64,000 nucleotides of DNA from Octopus bimaculoides (GCF_001194135.2 NC_068988.1:30167155-30231154); one strand, 5' to 3'; shown: positions 45,801 to 58,797, counted from the first letter of the stretch. Numbers and translations: made by a program. The notes: a model not told the origin generated them from the sequence alone.

Positions 45801-48800
45801 AGACTGAAGTTAGCTGCACATGTCACTGTCATTCGGAGTTGATACGGCACTGAGTGCGCCTGTGGGAGCCCCTACACAGACACACTAGAAGAGGGAGACC
45901 AAGGATGACATATGTTGATGCCCTAAGGACAGACACCGGTCTCTGGGAGACACAAGACATGGCAGTGATGATGAGGGACAAAGTCCGCCGGAGAGAGCTC
46001 GTCCGTGTATCTCGGGAATTTTACTGACCCTAAAATAGAATATGGCAGGTCAAAACTTTAAAGAATTTTAAAAACCAACCCCAATCCATCCTTTGTGGCT
46101 TTCAACATCATCACAAGACAAAGCACAAAGTTTGACATTTCTCTTGGTAAATTCCGGTACAAGCTGGCAAGCCTGAGTCAGTTCAGTGGTACATACAGGA
46201 GTATAGTCAGCAGGATGAGAGAATAAGATACACCACCTGAAAAGAAAAGGTGACAATGTAGAATGATGATGATGATGAAGACAAATAAATATTGGTTTCG
46301 AGTTTTGGCACAAGACCAGCAAGTTTTGGAGGAGAAATAAAGAAGAAATGTTTCCATCTCAAGCCATGTCAGGCTCATAAGGGCCAGTTTCTCAGTTTTA
46401 GTGGCAGAGAAATTCCCACCTGGATGGGATGCCAGTCACTCGCAGGATTACTCATTTTTTCCAGCTGAGTGGACTGAAGCAATGTTGAATGAAGTGTTTT
46501 GCTCAAGAACAACGCGTTGCCCAGTCCAGGAATCGAAACCACAATCATACAATCATGAGTCCAACACCCTAACCACTAAGCCTCCACAATTTTGGGAGAA
46601 GGAGACAAGTCAATTAGATCAACACCAGTACATGACTGGTACTTATTTTACTGACCACCAAAAGGAGGAAAGACAAAAATGACCACAGCTGAATTTGAAC
46701 TCAGAATGTCACTGCCTCACGGAAGCAGTGACAAGTGACCAAGACCTTTGGCGATATACGGTGCTTGAGAAGATTGTAGTCGTGGCTAATGCTGGGGTTT
46801 CGTAACTAGCACCCGTGTCGGTGGCATGTAAAAAGCACCCATGACACTCTTGGAGTGGTTGGCATTAGAAAGAATATCCAGCCGTAGAAACCTTGCCAAA
46901 TCAGATTGGAACCTGGTGCACCCCCCGCCCCTCCAGATTACCAGTTTTCAGTCAAACCGTCCAACCCATGCCAGCATAGAAAACAAACATTAAATGATGA
47001 TGATAAATGTAAAGATGGATGAAATGCTGCTAGGCATTTTGATTGGCATGGTAACTGCCTTGAGATTTCAAATTTTGGTACAACACCTGCAATTTAGGGG
47101 GTGGAAATAAGTCGATTACAACGACCCCCCCCCCTTTCCTTTCCTTTATCTTTTACTTGCTTCAGTCATTGGACTGCAGCCATGCTGGGGTTCTTACCTT
47201 GAGGTGTTTAGTCAAATGAACTGACCCCAACACTTGTGTTTCTTTGAGTCTGGTACTTATTCCATCAGCTTCTTTGGCTGAAGCGCTAATTTACAGGGAT
47301 ATAAACAAACCAACACTGGTTGTCAAGCAAAGGGGAGGGACAAATATAAACACACATAATATATATTTTAATTGAAGTCCTAAAACCAAGGGGCCACATA
47401 AAAAAAAGCACTGGTGATGATGCTAAGTAAAAAGCACCCAGTACATTCTGTAAAGTGGTTGGCATTAGCAAGGGCATTCAACTGTAGAAACCAAACCTCA
47501 ACAGACTATGGAACCTGGTGCAAGCCCCCAGGCTGGTTCCTGTCAAGTCGTCCAACCCATGCCAGCATAGAAAATGTTAAATGATGAAGAAGATACTTTT
47601 ACACACACACACAATGAAGGGCTTCCACACAATTTCTGTCTACCAAATTCACTCACAAGACTTTGGTCGGTCCAGGACACTTGCCCAAGGTGTCACACAG
47701 TGGGACTGAACTCAAAACCGTGTGGTTGGAAAGCGAACTTATTAACCACATGGTCATGCCTGCAGATATTCTTCAGAAATCTTAGGAATGGAAATATTCA
47801 GGTTTGAAAGTTTTGGTTCAGCAGCACAGACGCAAAGCTTAAAACTACAAAACATTTAGTCAAGGATCATCTCAACCAATATGTAAAACCTTCAGTTGAA
47901 ACATTCAGTGGGACTGAACCTGGTACCAGGTGGCTGGGAAGCAAACTTCTTACAACACAACCACACTTCTGCCTAAAAATAAATAAAAAATTTTCTTAGC
48001 TGGACAATGAGGTCAGATGAGATTTAACATTAAACCGAAATGCCAATGTATTCCATTCCTGTTATTAAGAAAGAAAGAAAAAAATGCTAAAATATATCCA
48101 AGAACAGAACAAGCCTTCCATTGACTGACCTGACATTCTCAAGAATGGTGGTAAGGCCTTCTTAGCCATCAACACAGAAAGCTCTTCAACTAAACTGTCT
48201 GTATTGGTTTATACAGAATGGCATGAACCAAAGAGATACTCTGTGTGGTGGTTCGACCTGCTAGCAATAATAGCCAAATTTCTCTCAAATCTCACTACTA
48301 TATAAATAAATAAGAAAAAGGACTATGCAATAATGTAAACCAAGATATACTTATTGGGATGTCATGGTTGGAGGTCTTTCCATCATATATCTACTTGGTT
48401 AGGCCTGACCTGGGGCTAAAACATCAGCAACACTGATATATATTTGTGAACAGCCATCATAGCAAATAAAATCAGGTCTTGAAAGCTTCGAAATGGAGGA
48501 GGAAAATAAATAATAATTAGTTTTGTTCTAAAAGTAAAACTGTTTAAAATTACATAACCTGACAGATGGTGAAAATGTCAAATACAAACTTCCTGACAAA
48601 CTGGAGGATGTTAATTGTTTCCACCATATTAAACTCTCCCATCACCAAGAGCCAACATTTTTTAACCCTTGGTTCTCTACAATAGTGGTTCCCAAAGTGG
48701 GCAGTACTACCCACCTCCTGGGGGAAGTGGAAAGATGGAGGGGTGCATTGAAGAAAAATGGGGTGACCAAAATTGGGCAATGGATGTAAAAAAAAAAAAT

Positions 48801-50041
48801 AATTAAAGGGTTAATTAGGTTAAGATTTATTTGTGAAAATTTGCTGCAGAAAATAGTTTGTCTGTGATGGTGGGAGGCACTAGGAATGAGGCCTTAGAAC
48901 CAATAGGGCAGCAGTCTGAAAAAAGTTTGGGAACCATTGCTCTACAATGTCTTGAATATTTTAAGAAATGATAGGCGACCAGAATGGAGCATTTGCTCTT
49001 TTGCTTTTTGTAGAGTCACACCCCATTGACCAAACAGGCCATTTGCTATCAGCAACCGCTGCAAGGAAGACTGAGCATGTCATGGATAAATGATGCATAG
49101 ACATGTGCTGTGGCTGCAACTTCTCCAATGTTTACTTGGACAGCGAACAGGTGCGGTTGCCATTTCTTGAACATGCTTCTCCACACCTTGTCTCTTTGAC
49201 TGAAACTACAGCCCTGGACCAAGAACCTGGCACTGAGTGCCATCAGGCGTTTACATCCCTCCACCAGTTCGGCAATGTAGTTAGTGGAGATTCCATCAAT
49301 GGGCTCCCAGTTTCCATATGCCAAATTCACTCACAAGACCCTTGTCCAATGTGGTGTGCAGTGGGATTGAACCTGGACTGCATTGCCGCAAAGCAGTTAT
49401 ACTTGTTTGCAGTATGGTAATACGGACCTACTGAACTACCAAAGGCTAGGCCAGTGGTTCCCAACCTGTGGTCTGCGAACCCCTGGTGGTCTGCTACGGT
49501 AGTAACTGGGGATGTTGTGAACATCTTAAGCTGACAGATCATTCAATATCCTGGAGTCAGTGAGGGAAAATTTATTTAAACAAAGGGGGTCCTTTGTAGT
49601 GAAAATGTTGGGAACTGCTGGTCTAGGCCTAATCTTTTGTTAGGTTCATACAGCAGGCTTTCATTCAGATGTGATTTTGCCTTGAGTAAAATAGTTTTAT
49701 GTCTCTTGCTTACAATGTCTTCTATATCCAAACAAGGTGGGGATGAGAAATATTGCAAAAAATATCACAGACGCACATAACAATGACTTAACATGACTAA
49801 TACACGGTGCAGAGAGGAACGCGACTTGGTGGTTTGCATATTCAGTTCACAATTGTAAAGTTGTCAGTTTGATTCCCAGAAGCATGTTGTGTCCTTGAGC
49901 AAAGCACTTTACTTCACGTTGCTTCAATTCACTCAGTTGGTGAAAACAAATTGTATTTCAAACTGCCAGCCTTGGTCATATTTTATGCGTGATGTTGAAT
50001 CTTCCTGAAAATGGTCAATATAAAGACCTTCACCAGGGAAC

Positions 50042-50072
<31 letters not shown>

Positions 50073-53000
50073 AGCCTGAGGGGTACAAACAAGTGTGTGG
50101 AAAATGAATATGAAAAAAAATTTTTTAAATGTCCCCTCCCCACATCCCAGGGGTCGTCAGTTCACATTTTTTTTCACATTCATTTTCCACACACTTGTTT
50201 GTATCACACAGGCTGGTTTATTTTTTTAATTTTTTTTTTTGTTCCCGGGTGAAGGTCTTTATATTGACCCTGAAAACTATGTTAATGGTATGCTCGTCTA
50301 CGGAGCGCTCAGCCACTTGCACATTCATTTCACAACCATCCTGGTTCCATTGAACAGCAACTAGAACACTCATCAGTCAAACCGACGGAGCAACCGTTTA
50401 ATAGCTGTTGGAAATACTATGCCCATACTAAACAGGAATAAATAAATCTCATTCTGTTAGATTCTTCAGCCAACAGATCTTTAAATGTCTGTAAAACACT
50501 TGTTTCAACTTTACAATTTAAGATAACAATCTTGGGTCAGTCACAGTAAACAGGTCAGAGCTAACACTTAGCAAAAAGAAAGCAACAAATCTATACACAC
50601 TTCACTGTAATTGCTGAACCACTTCAATAATTACGTATGTAAACAGGTGATAACAGTATTTCAGCTTTGTCTTATGATTCACTCTGTTCTTTAGCATTAT
50701 TATATTTTAACACAGTCGAACCAGATGTATTCCAGACATGACCTACTCCGGTCATATATAGTGGTGGTGGATTATTTGAGGGACCTATCATCGTTATCAT
50801 GCAATGTCCAGGCATTATCTGGATGGTTTTGACAAGAGATGTAGGACAAAGTGGTGAGAGAGGATCCATGGATGTTGGGACTCACAGAGGGGGTGACAGA
50901 GGGGCCAGGACTCCTGGTGGTTTGTTGAAAAGACACAAGCTAAATAAGTGTGGTTGTCCGGGCATACAGGTTTGTCCTCTGCATCCCTCTACAGCTGAGC
51001 ATTCCATACCAGTGCCACATAAACACACCCATATCGGTGCTGTGTAAAAAGCACCCAGTACACACTGTAAAGTGGTTGGTGTTAGGAAGGGCATCCAGCT
51101 GTAGAAACCATGACATGGAGCCCTTCTTGTTGTTAACCCTTATCAGTTCTTCAAGTGAAGGGGACCGTAATTTCATACTGCTTCAAGGACAATTAGTTGA
51201 AAAGAAAAATGACATTACTTGCTTGTAGTTTGCAATTTTCAGAGAAGCACAAACAGAAACACACACAAGTGCTCACAAACACACACACACACACACACAC
51301 ACTCACAAACACACCCAGGCTCCTTAAGCTTCCATCAACTAAAATCTCACACATCTTTGTCAGTGTGGAGCTAGAGTAGAAGTGGAACCTTTTGGTGGTG
51401 TTTAGTGGGATTGAACCCAAAACTTCTTAACAATGCAACCCATGAGTATTCAGTAACACATCACACACACACAACAATGGTTGGAATTTGTGGTATTTTT
51501 TTTTACCACAAAATATTTCAGGTAACAGAAAAATATGCTACTTGTTAGAGGGACCTGTGAATGAGAAATCACGACAAAAGAACATAGAAACTACATTTAG
51601 ATTTATCTTAACAATCTTTGAATATCACGTGAACCCTCTCGGTTTCAATGTCTAATCATATACAGAGTTATTTAGCCCAAAAAACTTTAAAGAAAAAAAA
51701 AAAATGACAATTTTATTCTTTTGTTTCAGTCTTTTGACTGAGGCCATGCTGAAGCACTGCCTTTAGTCAAACAAATCAACCCCAGGACTTATTCTTTGTA
51801 AGCCTACTACTTATTCTATTGTTGTCTTTTGCCGAACTGCTAAGTTATGGGGAACGTAAACACAACAACATCAGCTGTGAAGCAATGGTGGAGGGACAAA
51901 CACAGACACACAAACATTTATACATATATATATATATTATACACACACACACTGGGCTTCTTTCAGTTTCCTTCCACTAAATCCACTCAAGGATTTGGTT
52001 GATCGAAGGTTATAATAGAGTACACTTGCCCAAAGTGCCACACAGGTGGGACTGAACCGAGAACCATGTGGTTGGGAAGCAAGCTTCGTACCTACACAGC
52101 CACTCCAGGAGTGCCTATATGATTATGACCAAGCACGCAACCAGTGATAAAATTTAATTTAGGTTGAGAGAAAGGACAAGTCAGAGAAGAATGTCATTTG
52201 AAAGTGGTGAGTGAAGGTCATATTGTGGATTAGATAATAGCTTTCTGTTTTTTTTTATTTCTGAAGGACAAAATATAATCTTTGAACTTTACCTTCCTAA
52301 AAAGAAATATTTAATCAGCTTGGCTGACAAAAAAATTACAGTGCTTCAGTCTGCATTCTGGTTTCAAATCCCAATTGATGTACCAAAGGAAAACAAACAT
52401 AAGACCCTTCGGTTGTCTTTACTGTGGATAGGCATGGCCCTGTAGACACAGCTATGGCCACATAGAAATGGGCGTGGTTGTGCAAACACGGGTAATGACT
52501 ATGTGGTAAAGTTCACATTGCAACCTTGTGGTTTTGGGGTTCAGTCCCACCGTGCAGTAGTACCTCAAGCAAGTGTCTTTTACTATAGCACCAGATTGAC
52601 CAATGTCTTGTTAAGTAAATTTGGTAGATTAAAACTGTGGGGAAGTGTTATATATGTGTGTGTGTAGGTGTTTTCAACTTCGACACTTGACAACCTATGT
52701 TGGTTTGTTTACATCCCCATAACTCAGCAGTTCAGCCAAAGAGACCAACAGAATAAGTACCAGACTTGAAAATAAGTCCTGGGAGGGGGGGGTCTATTTC
52801 TTCAACTAATCCAGGGGTTCTTAACCTAAATGATGGCATTGTACATTCACGAAGTGATTGTGTATCAGAACTTTGTAGATCTAACAAATAATGACATCCA
52901 TTGTAGAGAATATGTGGATGCAGGTAAAAAGAAATTTTCATCTTTTTCCCTTTCCGTATTCTTTTACTCGTTTCAGTCATCTGACTGCGGCCATGCTGGA

Positions 53001-56000
53001 GCATCACCTTTAGTAGAGCAAATCAACCCCAGGATTTATTCTTTGTAAGACTAGTACTTATTCTACCAGTCTCTTTTGCCAAACCACTAAGTTACAAGGA
53101 CATAAACGCACCAGCATTGGTTCTCAAGCAATGAGGGGGGGGGGTACAAACACAGACACACATTTATATACGACAGGCTTCTTTCAGTTTCCATCTACCA
53201 AATCCACTCACAAGGCTTTGGTCGGCCTGAGACTCTAGTAAGAAGACACTTGCCCAAGGTGGCATGCCGCAGTGGGACTGAACCCAGAACCATGTGGTTG
53301 GTAAGCAAGCTACTTACCACACAGCCACCCTGCGCCTACATGTATGTGTGTGTGTGTATATAACTAAACTCAAAATTTCATATATATATAATGAAATTCT
53401 GAATTTAATTCATGGACCCCCCAGTACTACCTTTGGGGACCACTAGGGGTCTGGATACCACAAGTTGGGAACCACAGACATAGATAGACCCTTCTAATAC
53501 CCAAACTTTTGCACAAGCCCATTATCACAACACCAAAAGTAAAGTTGCCTTATCACGAGATGTAATGAACAAAGAATTTCGATAGAATGTACCATTGCAA
53601 TGAAACTGGAACAAAAGAAATGGAAAGCGCAAAGAAGATAAAAAATGATCTGAAAAATTGGAAATAAGAAGCTCCTACATTTTTTAGTTTAAATACAAAA
53701 CTATTTAGATTAATTATAGCCTTACAATGATAAAGGAGTACAGTGTTGAGCTTTTGTTGTTTTTTTTTTTTAGAAAAAAAACTGGTTTTATTCATAGACT
53801 GGTGAATTCAAAGGAGTGGCTATAATTGTGCATGTCTAACATTTTTAGGTTATCAATTTTTTTTTTTTTTTTTAAATAAGATTTTTTTTATCAATAACAT
53901 ATTCTGACAAGAAGAAAAGAAAGGAAAACAGCTAAAAGTATAAAAGATCAAATAATCAAGAAAAAGAAAACCCATAAATACCTCATCGAGGAAACAGAAA
54001 AACAAGGGGGGGGGGAATTGAGCAATAGATGGGGGTGGGGAGTACATCCCAGACCAAATGGCGCTTTTAGTCATGCCTTGCAGACATGATTGCAATGGTG
54101 TTGCCATGAAGAATGGCCAGTGGCACTTGCTGCAGCAGCCACCCAACTCACATGGCTTATTTCTCAGACAGGTCAAAATTATCCTAATTTTGCAGAGGAA
54201 ACTGGCAGCGCAGGGTCCAAGAACACCTGAAGTTTCAGCAGTGACCGGCGCAGGCTGACAGTGTATGGTCAAGTTTCTGTATTCATTTATTTTTCTCTCC
54301 TCTGCGTTACGGTAAACGAGACTTGGGTTTGCGGTTGATGCATCAAGGTTGGAACCGGAGAACTTGTCACAGCACTTCATCTCCCAGGCTAGGGATCCGC
54401 CTCCCTTGTATAGGAAAAGGGTAAATCCATCCCCACCGTCAAGACCTGCTGGCTCCAATACTGACAATGGTTATTGACTTTTCTCTAAAAAGAAAGCTTC
54501 ACTGATCGCATATAACTGGACTTTGTTCTGTTGTTACCAGATTTACTACATTGACACTTTCTGGCAAAAGAATGAACAAACTGTAGTGTTTATTTGAAAC
54601 TGAACTGCTAGGTAACCAGTGATGCATCACGACCAAACCACAGTGGTTTCACGTGATTGGTCAATTAAGCAACTAATCAGCATAAAGTCATGTGATTCAA
54701 TCTTCTAGAATTTTCTTGTCTTAAAAAAGGCTGCTTTTGGCAGTAATTGCAGAATGTTGAGGCAGCTGCGCAATGTTTCTCCAGTCTTGCTAGAGCAAGA
54801 TGACCCAGGATGACAAGACAGAGGACAGGAATCTCTGTCACCAAGAATACAGCACTACTGTTTCCAGTCATTGTTGGACCAATCACATGTTGCCATATCA
54901 GTACCTCTCTCCCAAGATGTAATTACTGCTGTCAATAAAATCCTCTGTTAAAATGTTCAGTGACGTTGTTCAGTTACTTCATGCAACCCAAAAAACTTAT
55001 TTTCATTCATCAGCTCAACCAATCACCACCACCAAACTCCAATCACGCACCACCACCACACCCCAACCACTCAGCACCACCACAGACCCCCAACCAACAA
55101 ACACACCAAGTGACAAAAGCCAATAAAATGAACAAGTAATAAGCAAGATGAAATGAAGAGGTTCTATATAGAAGCTCGACTAGGTGTTGGTTTGAATTTC
55201 CACAAACATCACCAATATAGAACATATTAAATCCATAGTGTGGAAGATATCATTACCATTGTTGCTAAACACCCATTTTTCCATGCTTGCATTGGTCAGA
55301 TGGAATTTGTTGAGGCAGATTTTCTATGTCAGATGCCCTTCTTGTCGCCATCCTCCACACATTTCCAAGCAAGGTAATATTTATCCAATGTCAGACGTTT
55401 TTCCATGCAAAACTGGACACAAACACTGCTTGCATGGTGGTAAGACTCACAACTGTCACGTGATGGCAAGGAGACACCAGTATTATACACACACACACAA
55501 TGGGCTTTTTCAGTTTCTGCCAACAAAATTCACTTCCAAACCTGTTGGCCAGCCCAGGGCTACGCTAGAAGATATTTATCAAAGTGCTATGTGATTAGGA
55601 GACAAACTTCTCACCACATAACCATGCCTGCACCTTATTCTACAACAAAAATTTCATAACTATTAAAAAAATTTAAAGTATTGAATAATAAAGTCAATTC
55701 TTCATTTTTCTTAATGACCTTTTCAGTAATTAAAAAAAAACCCTTTCACTTGATATGTGTTGTTGCAGTCATTCNNNNNNNNNNNNNNNNNNNNNNNNNN
55801 NNNNNNNNNNNNNNNNNNNNNNNNNNNNNNNNNNNNNNNCGTAATCAAGAATTTTAGTCGAACGAATCAACCCCAGTACTTATTTAAAAAAAAAAACTCA
55901 TTGTATCGGTCTCTTGGCCAACAGCTAAGTTATAGGGACGTAAACACACCATCAACGGTTGTCAAACAGTGAAGGGGGACAATCACAGACATACACGACG

Positions 56001-58646
56001 GGCTTTTTTCGGTTTTCGTCTACCAAATCCACCCACAAGGCTTTGATTGGCCAGAGGTTATAGTAGAAGACATTTGCCCAAGGTGGCACGCCGCAGTGGG
56101 ACTGAACCTGGAACCATGTGCATGCTTCTTACCACACATCCATGCCTCCGCCTATACACCTCCCCACCAAAATTTCAGACCTTCTGCCTTCAATAGAATT
56201 AATTGTGATTATCCATACTGGGTGTTTGTGCAACTCTAAAGCAGTATTTCTCCATTCAGGGGTCTGAAAAGGGGGAAAAAAACTGCCAGGTTCCATAGAA
56301 TTAAAATCGAACATTCAAAAACCACGGCGGCATAAAGGAGAAAAGATATGAAAGCAAACTATGTTGTCGGTCTTCTCGTGGAACGAAATTGCCCTGAAGC
56401 ATTTCCATATTTTTACGTTCTGAGTTCAAATCCCGCCAAAGTTCAAACTTTATCTTTCATCCTTCCATGGTCGATAAAATAAAGTTCGAATCAAGTACTG
56501 GAGTACCAACACTCTCCCGCAATATTTCAGGCCTTGCGAAACAATACAGAGTATTATTAATTTAGTATTTGTCAGAATGATTCGCTGCACTATAGTGATT
56601 CAAGAGAGACACATACGTATTTAGTCTGATGTTGTTGTTTGGCACCAGAACAATCTTTGACAGAGGAAACACCTCCGAGCTAAACGCATTCCAATGATGA
56701 CCATCGTTTACGTATAGGTATGTATCTAGGACTATGTTTATTTAAGTATCCCTCTTTCTTTTTTATTTTATCTTTTGGAGATAATACGATTAATGTTTAC
56801 AATATTAACCGAAAACGAAATTTAAAAAAATTAACCGATAATACAATGTAATTTGAGATTTGGCTGCTATTTTTAGCAAATTAAAATCCATGTTGAGATT
56901 CCCTCTAGCGTTGTTTGTCTGATCCTAAGATTGTATATAATTGTGAGATTATTATATTAATATAAACTGAGAGGGAAAAACGAGAGACTCCCCTTATTTA
57001 TTAATTTTTTTTTACGGAATCCCATGTTTTAGGCTATGGACATTCCGATTCTGAAAAAATTTTTCAAAAATCTCAATTTCAAAATTTCTATCCCCCTCCC
57101 CCCGGTTTTTATATAGATCCACAGGGTAAACCTGACCCTAACTCAAACCCTAACCGTAATCCTGACCCTAACCCTAGTTTTGTGAGATTTGGCTATTATT
57201 TCTAGCATGTAAATAGCCTGCTTGGTGGGGGATTGAAATTTTTCAAACAATTTTTTTTCAGAATCGGAATCTCCATAGCGTAAAACGTGGGATTCCGTAA
57301 AAAAAATTAATAAATAAGGGGGAGAAAGGTTCAGATTACATATAGTCCGTCTTTACCCAGCTATACACACACACAAACTCACTTAAGCACGTAGGCCACT
57401 GTAACATCCTGCAAAGTGGACAGAAAGATGTGATTTGGTTGCTATTCCTAGCTGGTCCAGCAGACACACAAGGACTCGTTGTTGGCGTGTGAGATAGAAT
57501 ATAGTGAATTTTTAAACTTCGACATTTCACACACATATATAAACCACAAGAGACAAAATAATTTTCTTTTTTATTTCTCAAAAACGAGGGAACCATAACG
57601 TATTTCTGTAAATTTCATAAAGGAAACATCGTTAATTTTTAATTTCACACGACCCGTGACTGAAGTTGAGAATATTACTGAGAAATATTATAAGTAAATG
57701 ACGTATAACACCAGAATTACTAAATTAGCAAACAATGAGACGAAAAGTCGTTCATTCTGGTCCACAAACCACCGGCTGCCACTTGCAACTATGTTGAACA
57801 CTTTATATAAAAAGTTTCCCCCTCGTTAATTGAGTAGGGGCGAGGGCATGCACCCATAATATTTATTAATTATAAATCATCTGAGATGTGAATAAAATAA
57901 TAGAATGAAAGGAAATTTATTCCTTTTAGTTTCGGAGATTTAAGCTTTCTTTTTTGGTTTTGCAAGTGAAATATCGGAATACAATTAACCCGTCCAACAC
58001 CGTCCTTGGTGCTATGATGCAAACTCGTTTTTTTGAAGTGATCTAAATAAAAATCTATCAAACTTCAATGTTAATTTATCCTCCAAATAATTAATGACAG
58101 GTTATTTTAATAAACACTTCGTTATTTTACTAAATACGTAGCAATTAAGGTACCGCACTTAAAAATAATAACTTATAGCAACAGAAATATAGTAAAATGA
58201 AATTGATGTGGAAATAAGTTTTATAATAAATGAAGGACGTACATTTCTGTTCAGTGTTCAGTGAATAACATCACTTAAAAAGAAAACCAACAAATCTATT
58301 ATTGAACAGGGGGGGGGGGATCTACAGGGCCAGTAATTTTAAAGTTGTTATTCACAAATGACAATAATAATCTTTTCAATTACCTGACCACCCTTCAGAA
58401 CAATTAAGAGGAAGTCAGTGTCATCTCCATTTAGTTTAAAACACTTTACTCTTAAAAGACAAAAGCGTTTCTTGGCTATTACAGAAGCCCCAAGGTTTAT
58501 AACAAGAATTCCAAATAGAATACATTTAAAGAAGAAAAATATCGCTTATATCAAACTTACGAATTTCCAACATATTCGTGGAAAACCATAGCACCGTCAG
58601 TAGTGTCAGCAGTAAAGTTAGGGAAAATTTCACCGAGATTTACCAT
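42726..58646 (-). CDS. PRDX6: Peroxiredoxin-6 (1-Cys peroxiredoxin), complete, 222 aa
   Basis: complement(join(58561-58646,46080-46236,45038-45175,44482-44555,43685-43757,42726-42866)); all GT-AG, phases 2,0,0,2,0. [11 protein letters not shown]..., [14 protein letters not shown] active site, [47 protein letters not shown]. Confidence 0.97.
43685..43757 (-). CDS. PRDX6: PRDX6 exon 5
   Basis: [24 protein letters not shown]. Confidence 0.95.
44482..44555 (-). CDS. PRDX6: PRDX6 exon 4
   Basis: [24 protein letters not shown]. Confidence 0.95.
45038..45175 (-). CDS. PRDX6: PRDX6 exon 3
   Basis: [46 protein letters not shown]. Confidence 0.95.
45600..46038 (+). mobile_element. 5'-truncated RTE-like LINE with 13-bp TSD in PRDX6 intron 2
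   Basis: [58 protein letters not shown]; TSD aatatggcaggtc at 45587-45599 and 46039-46051. Confidence 0.85.
46080..46236 (-). CDS. PRDX6: PRDX6 exon 2 (peroxidatic Cys)
   Basis: [52 protein letters not shown]. Confidence 0.97.
48683..48939. mobile_element. hAT (Charlie-like) MITE
   Basis: TIR tagtggttcccaaa / tttgggaaccattg; exact 8-bp TSD ctctacaa (48675-48682, 48940-48947). Confidence 0.85.
49452..49620. mobile_element. hAT (Charlie-like) MITE
   Basis: TIR cagtggttcccaac / gttgggaactgctg; TSD ggctaggc / gtctaggc (7/8). Confidence 0.8.
50013..50269. mobile_element. Merlin-like MITE (second family) inserted in a family D SINE
   Basis: About 100-bp imperfect TIRs starting ggtcaatataaagaccttcacc; TSD ctgaaaat / ctgaaaac (7/8); SINE sequence continues on both sides. 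Confidence 0.8.
53857..54468 (-). mobile_element. 5'-truncated CRE-clade-like non-LTR retrotransposon (restriction-like endonuclease domain, 3' UTR, poly-A)
   Basis: [55 protein letters not shown], then frameshifted [15 protein letters not shown]; A17 tail (T run 53857-53873); candidate TSD ggttatcaa / ggttattga. Confidence 0.75.
56988..57324. mobile_element. MITE with about 75-bp TIRs and internal degenerate (CCCTAA)n
   Basis: ctccccttatttattaatttttttttacggaatccca...ttctgaaaaaa pairs with 57250-57324; cctgaccctaactcaaaccctaaccgtaatcctgaccctaaccctag inside; no TSD recognised. Confidence 0.75.
58561..58646 (-). CDS. PRDX6: PRDX6 exon 1
   Basis: [30 protein letters not shown]|gtaagt; too short for the ORF track; phase 2 matches exon 2. 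Confidence 0.95.
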
Positions 58647-58744
58647 GATTTCTTTTTCTATTTGTAATTATATGTATGTAAGATATATATATCTCTTTTT
58701 TTAAATGGACTGGAAACAGCTTAACGACCACTCTGCTGTCTGTC

Positions 58745-58797
58745 ACTAACCACGAAAGCAACGTGCGTTCACTTTATAGATTGTGTGGTGGCCAATC
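58745..58797 (-). promoter_or_regulatory. Candidate PRDX6 core promoter: TATAAA, initiator-like TTAGT and CCAAT box
   Basis: - strand TATAAA at 58778-58773 lies 31 nt upstream of the A (58747) of TTAGT; gccaatc at 58791-58797; ATG about 100 nt downstream. Confidence 0.6.

Noticed and set aside
53853-54467. 204-aa - strand ORF as a nested host gene
   Set aside because: Explained as a frameshifted retrotransposon endonuclease fragment with poly-A tail and candidate TSD.
55043-55225. [14 protein letters not shown]... as PRDX6 exon 1
   Set aside because: Only superficial similarity; the true exon 1 ([11 protein letters not shown], correct donor and phase) is at 58646-58561.
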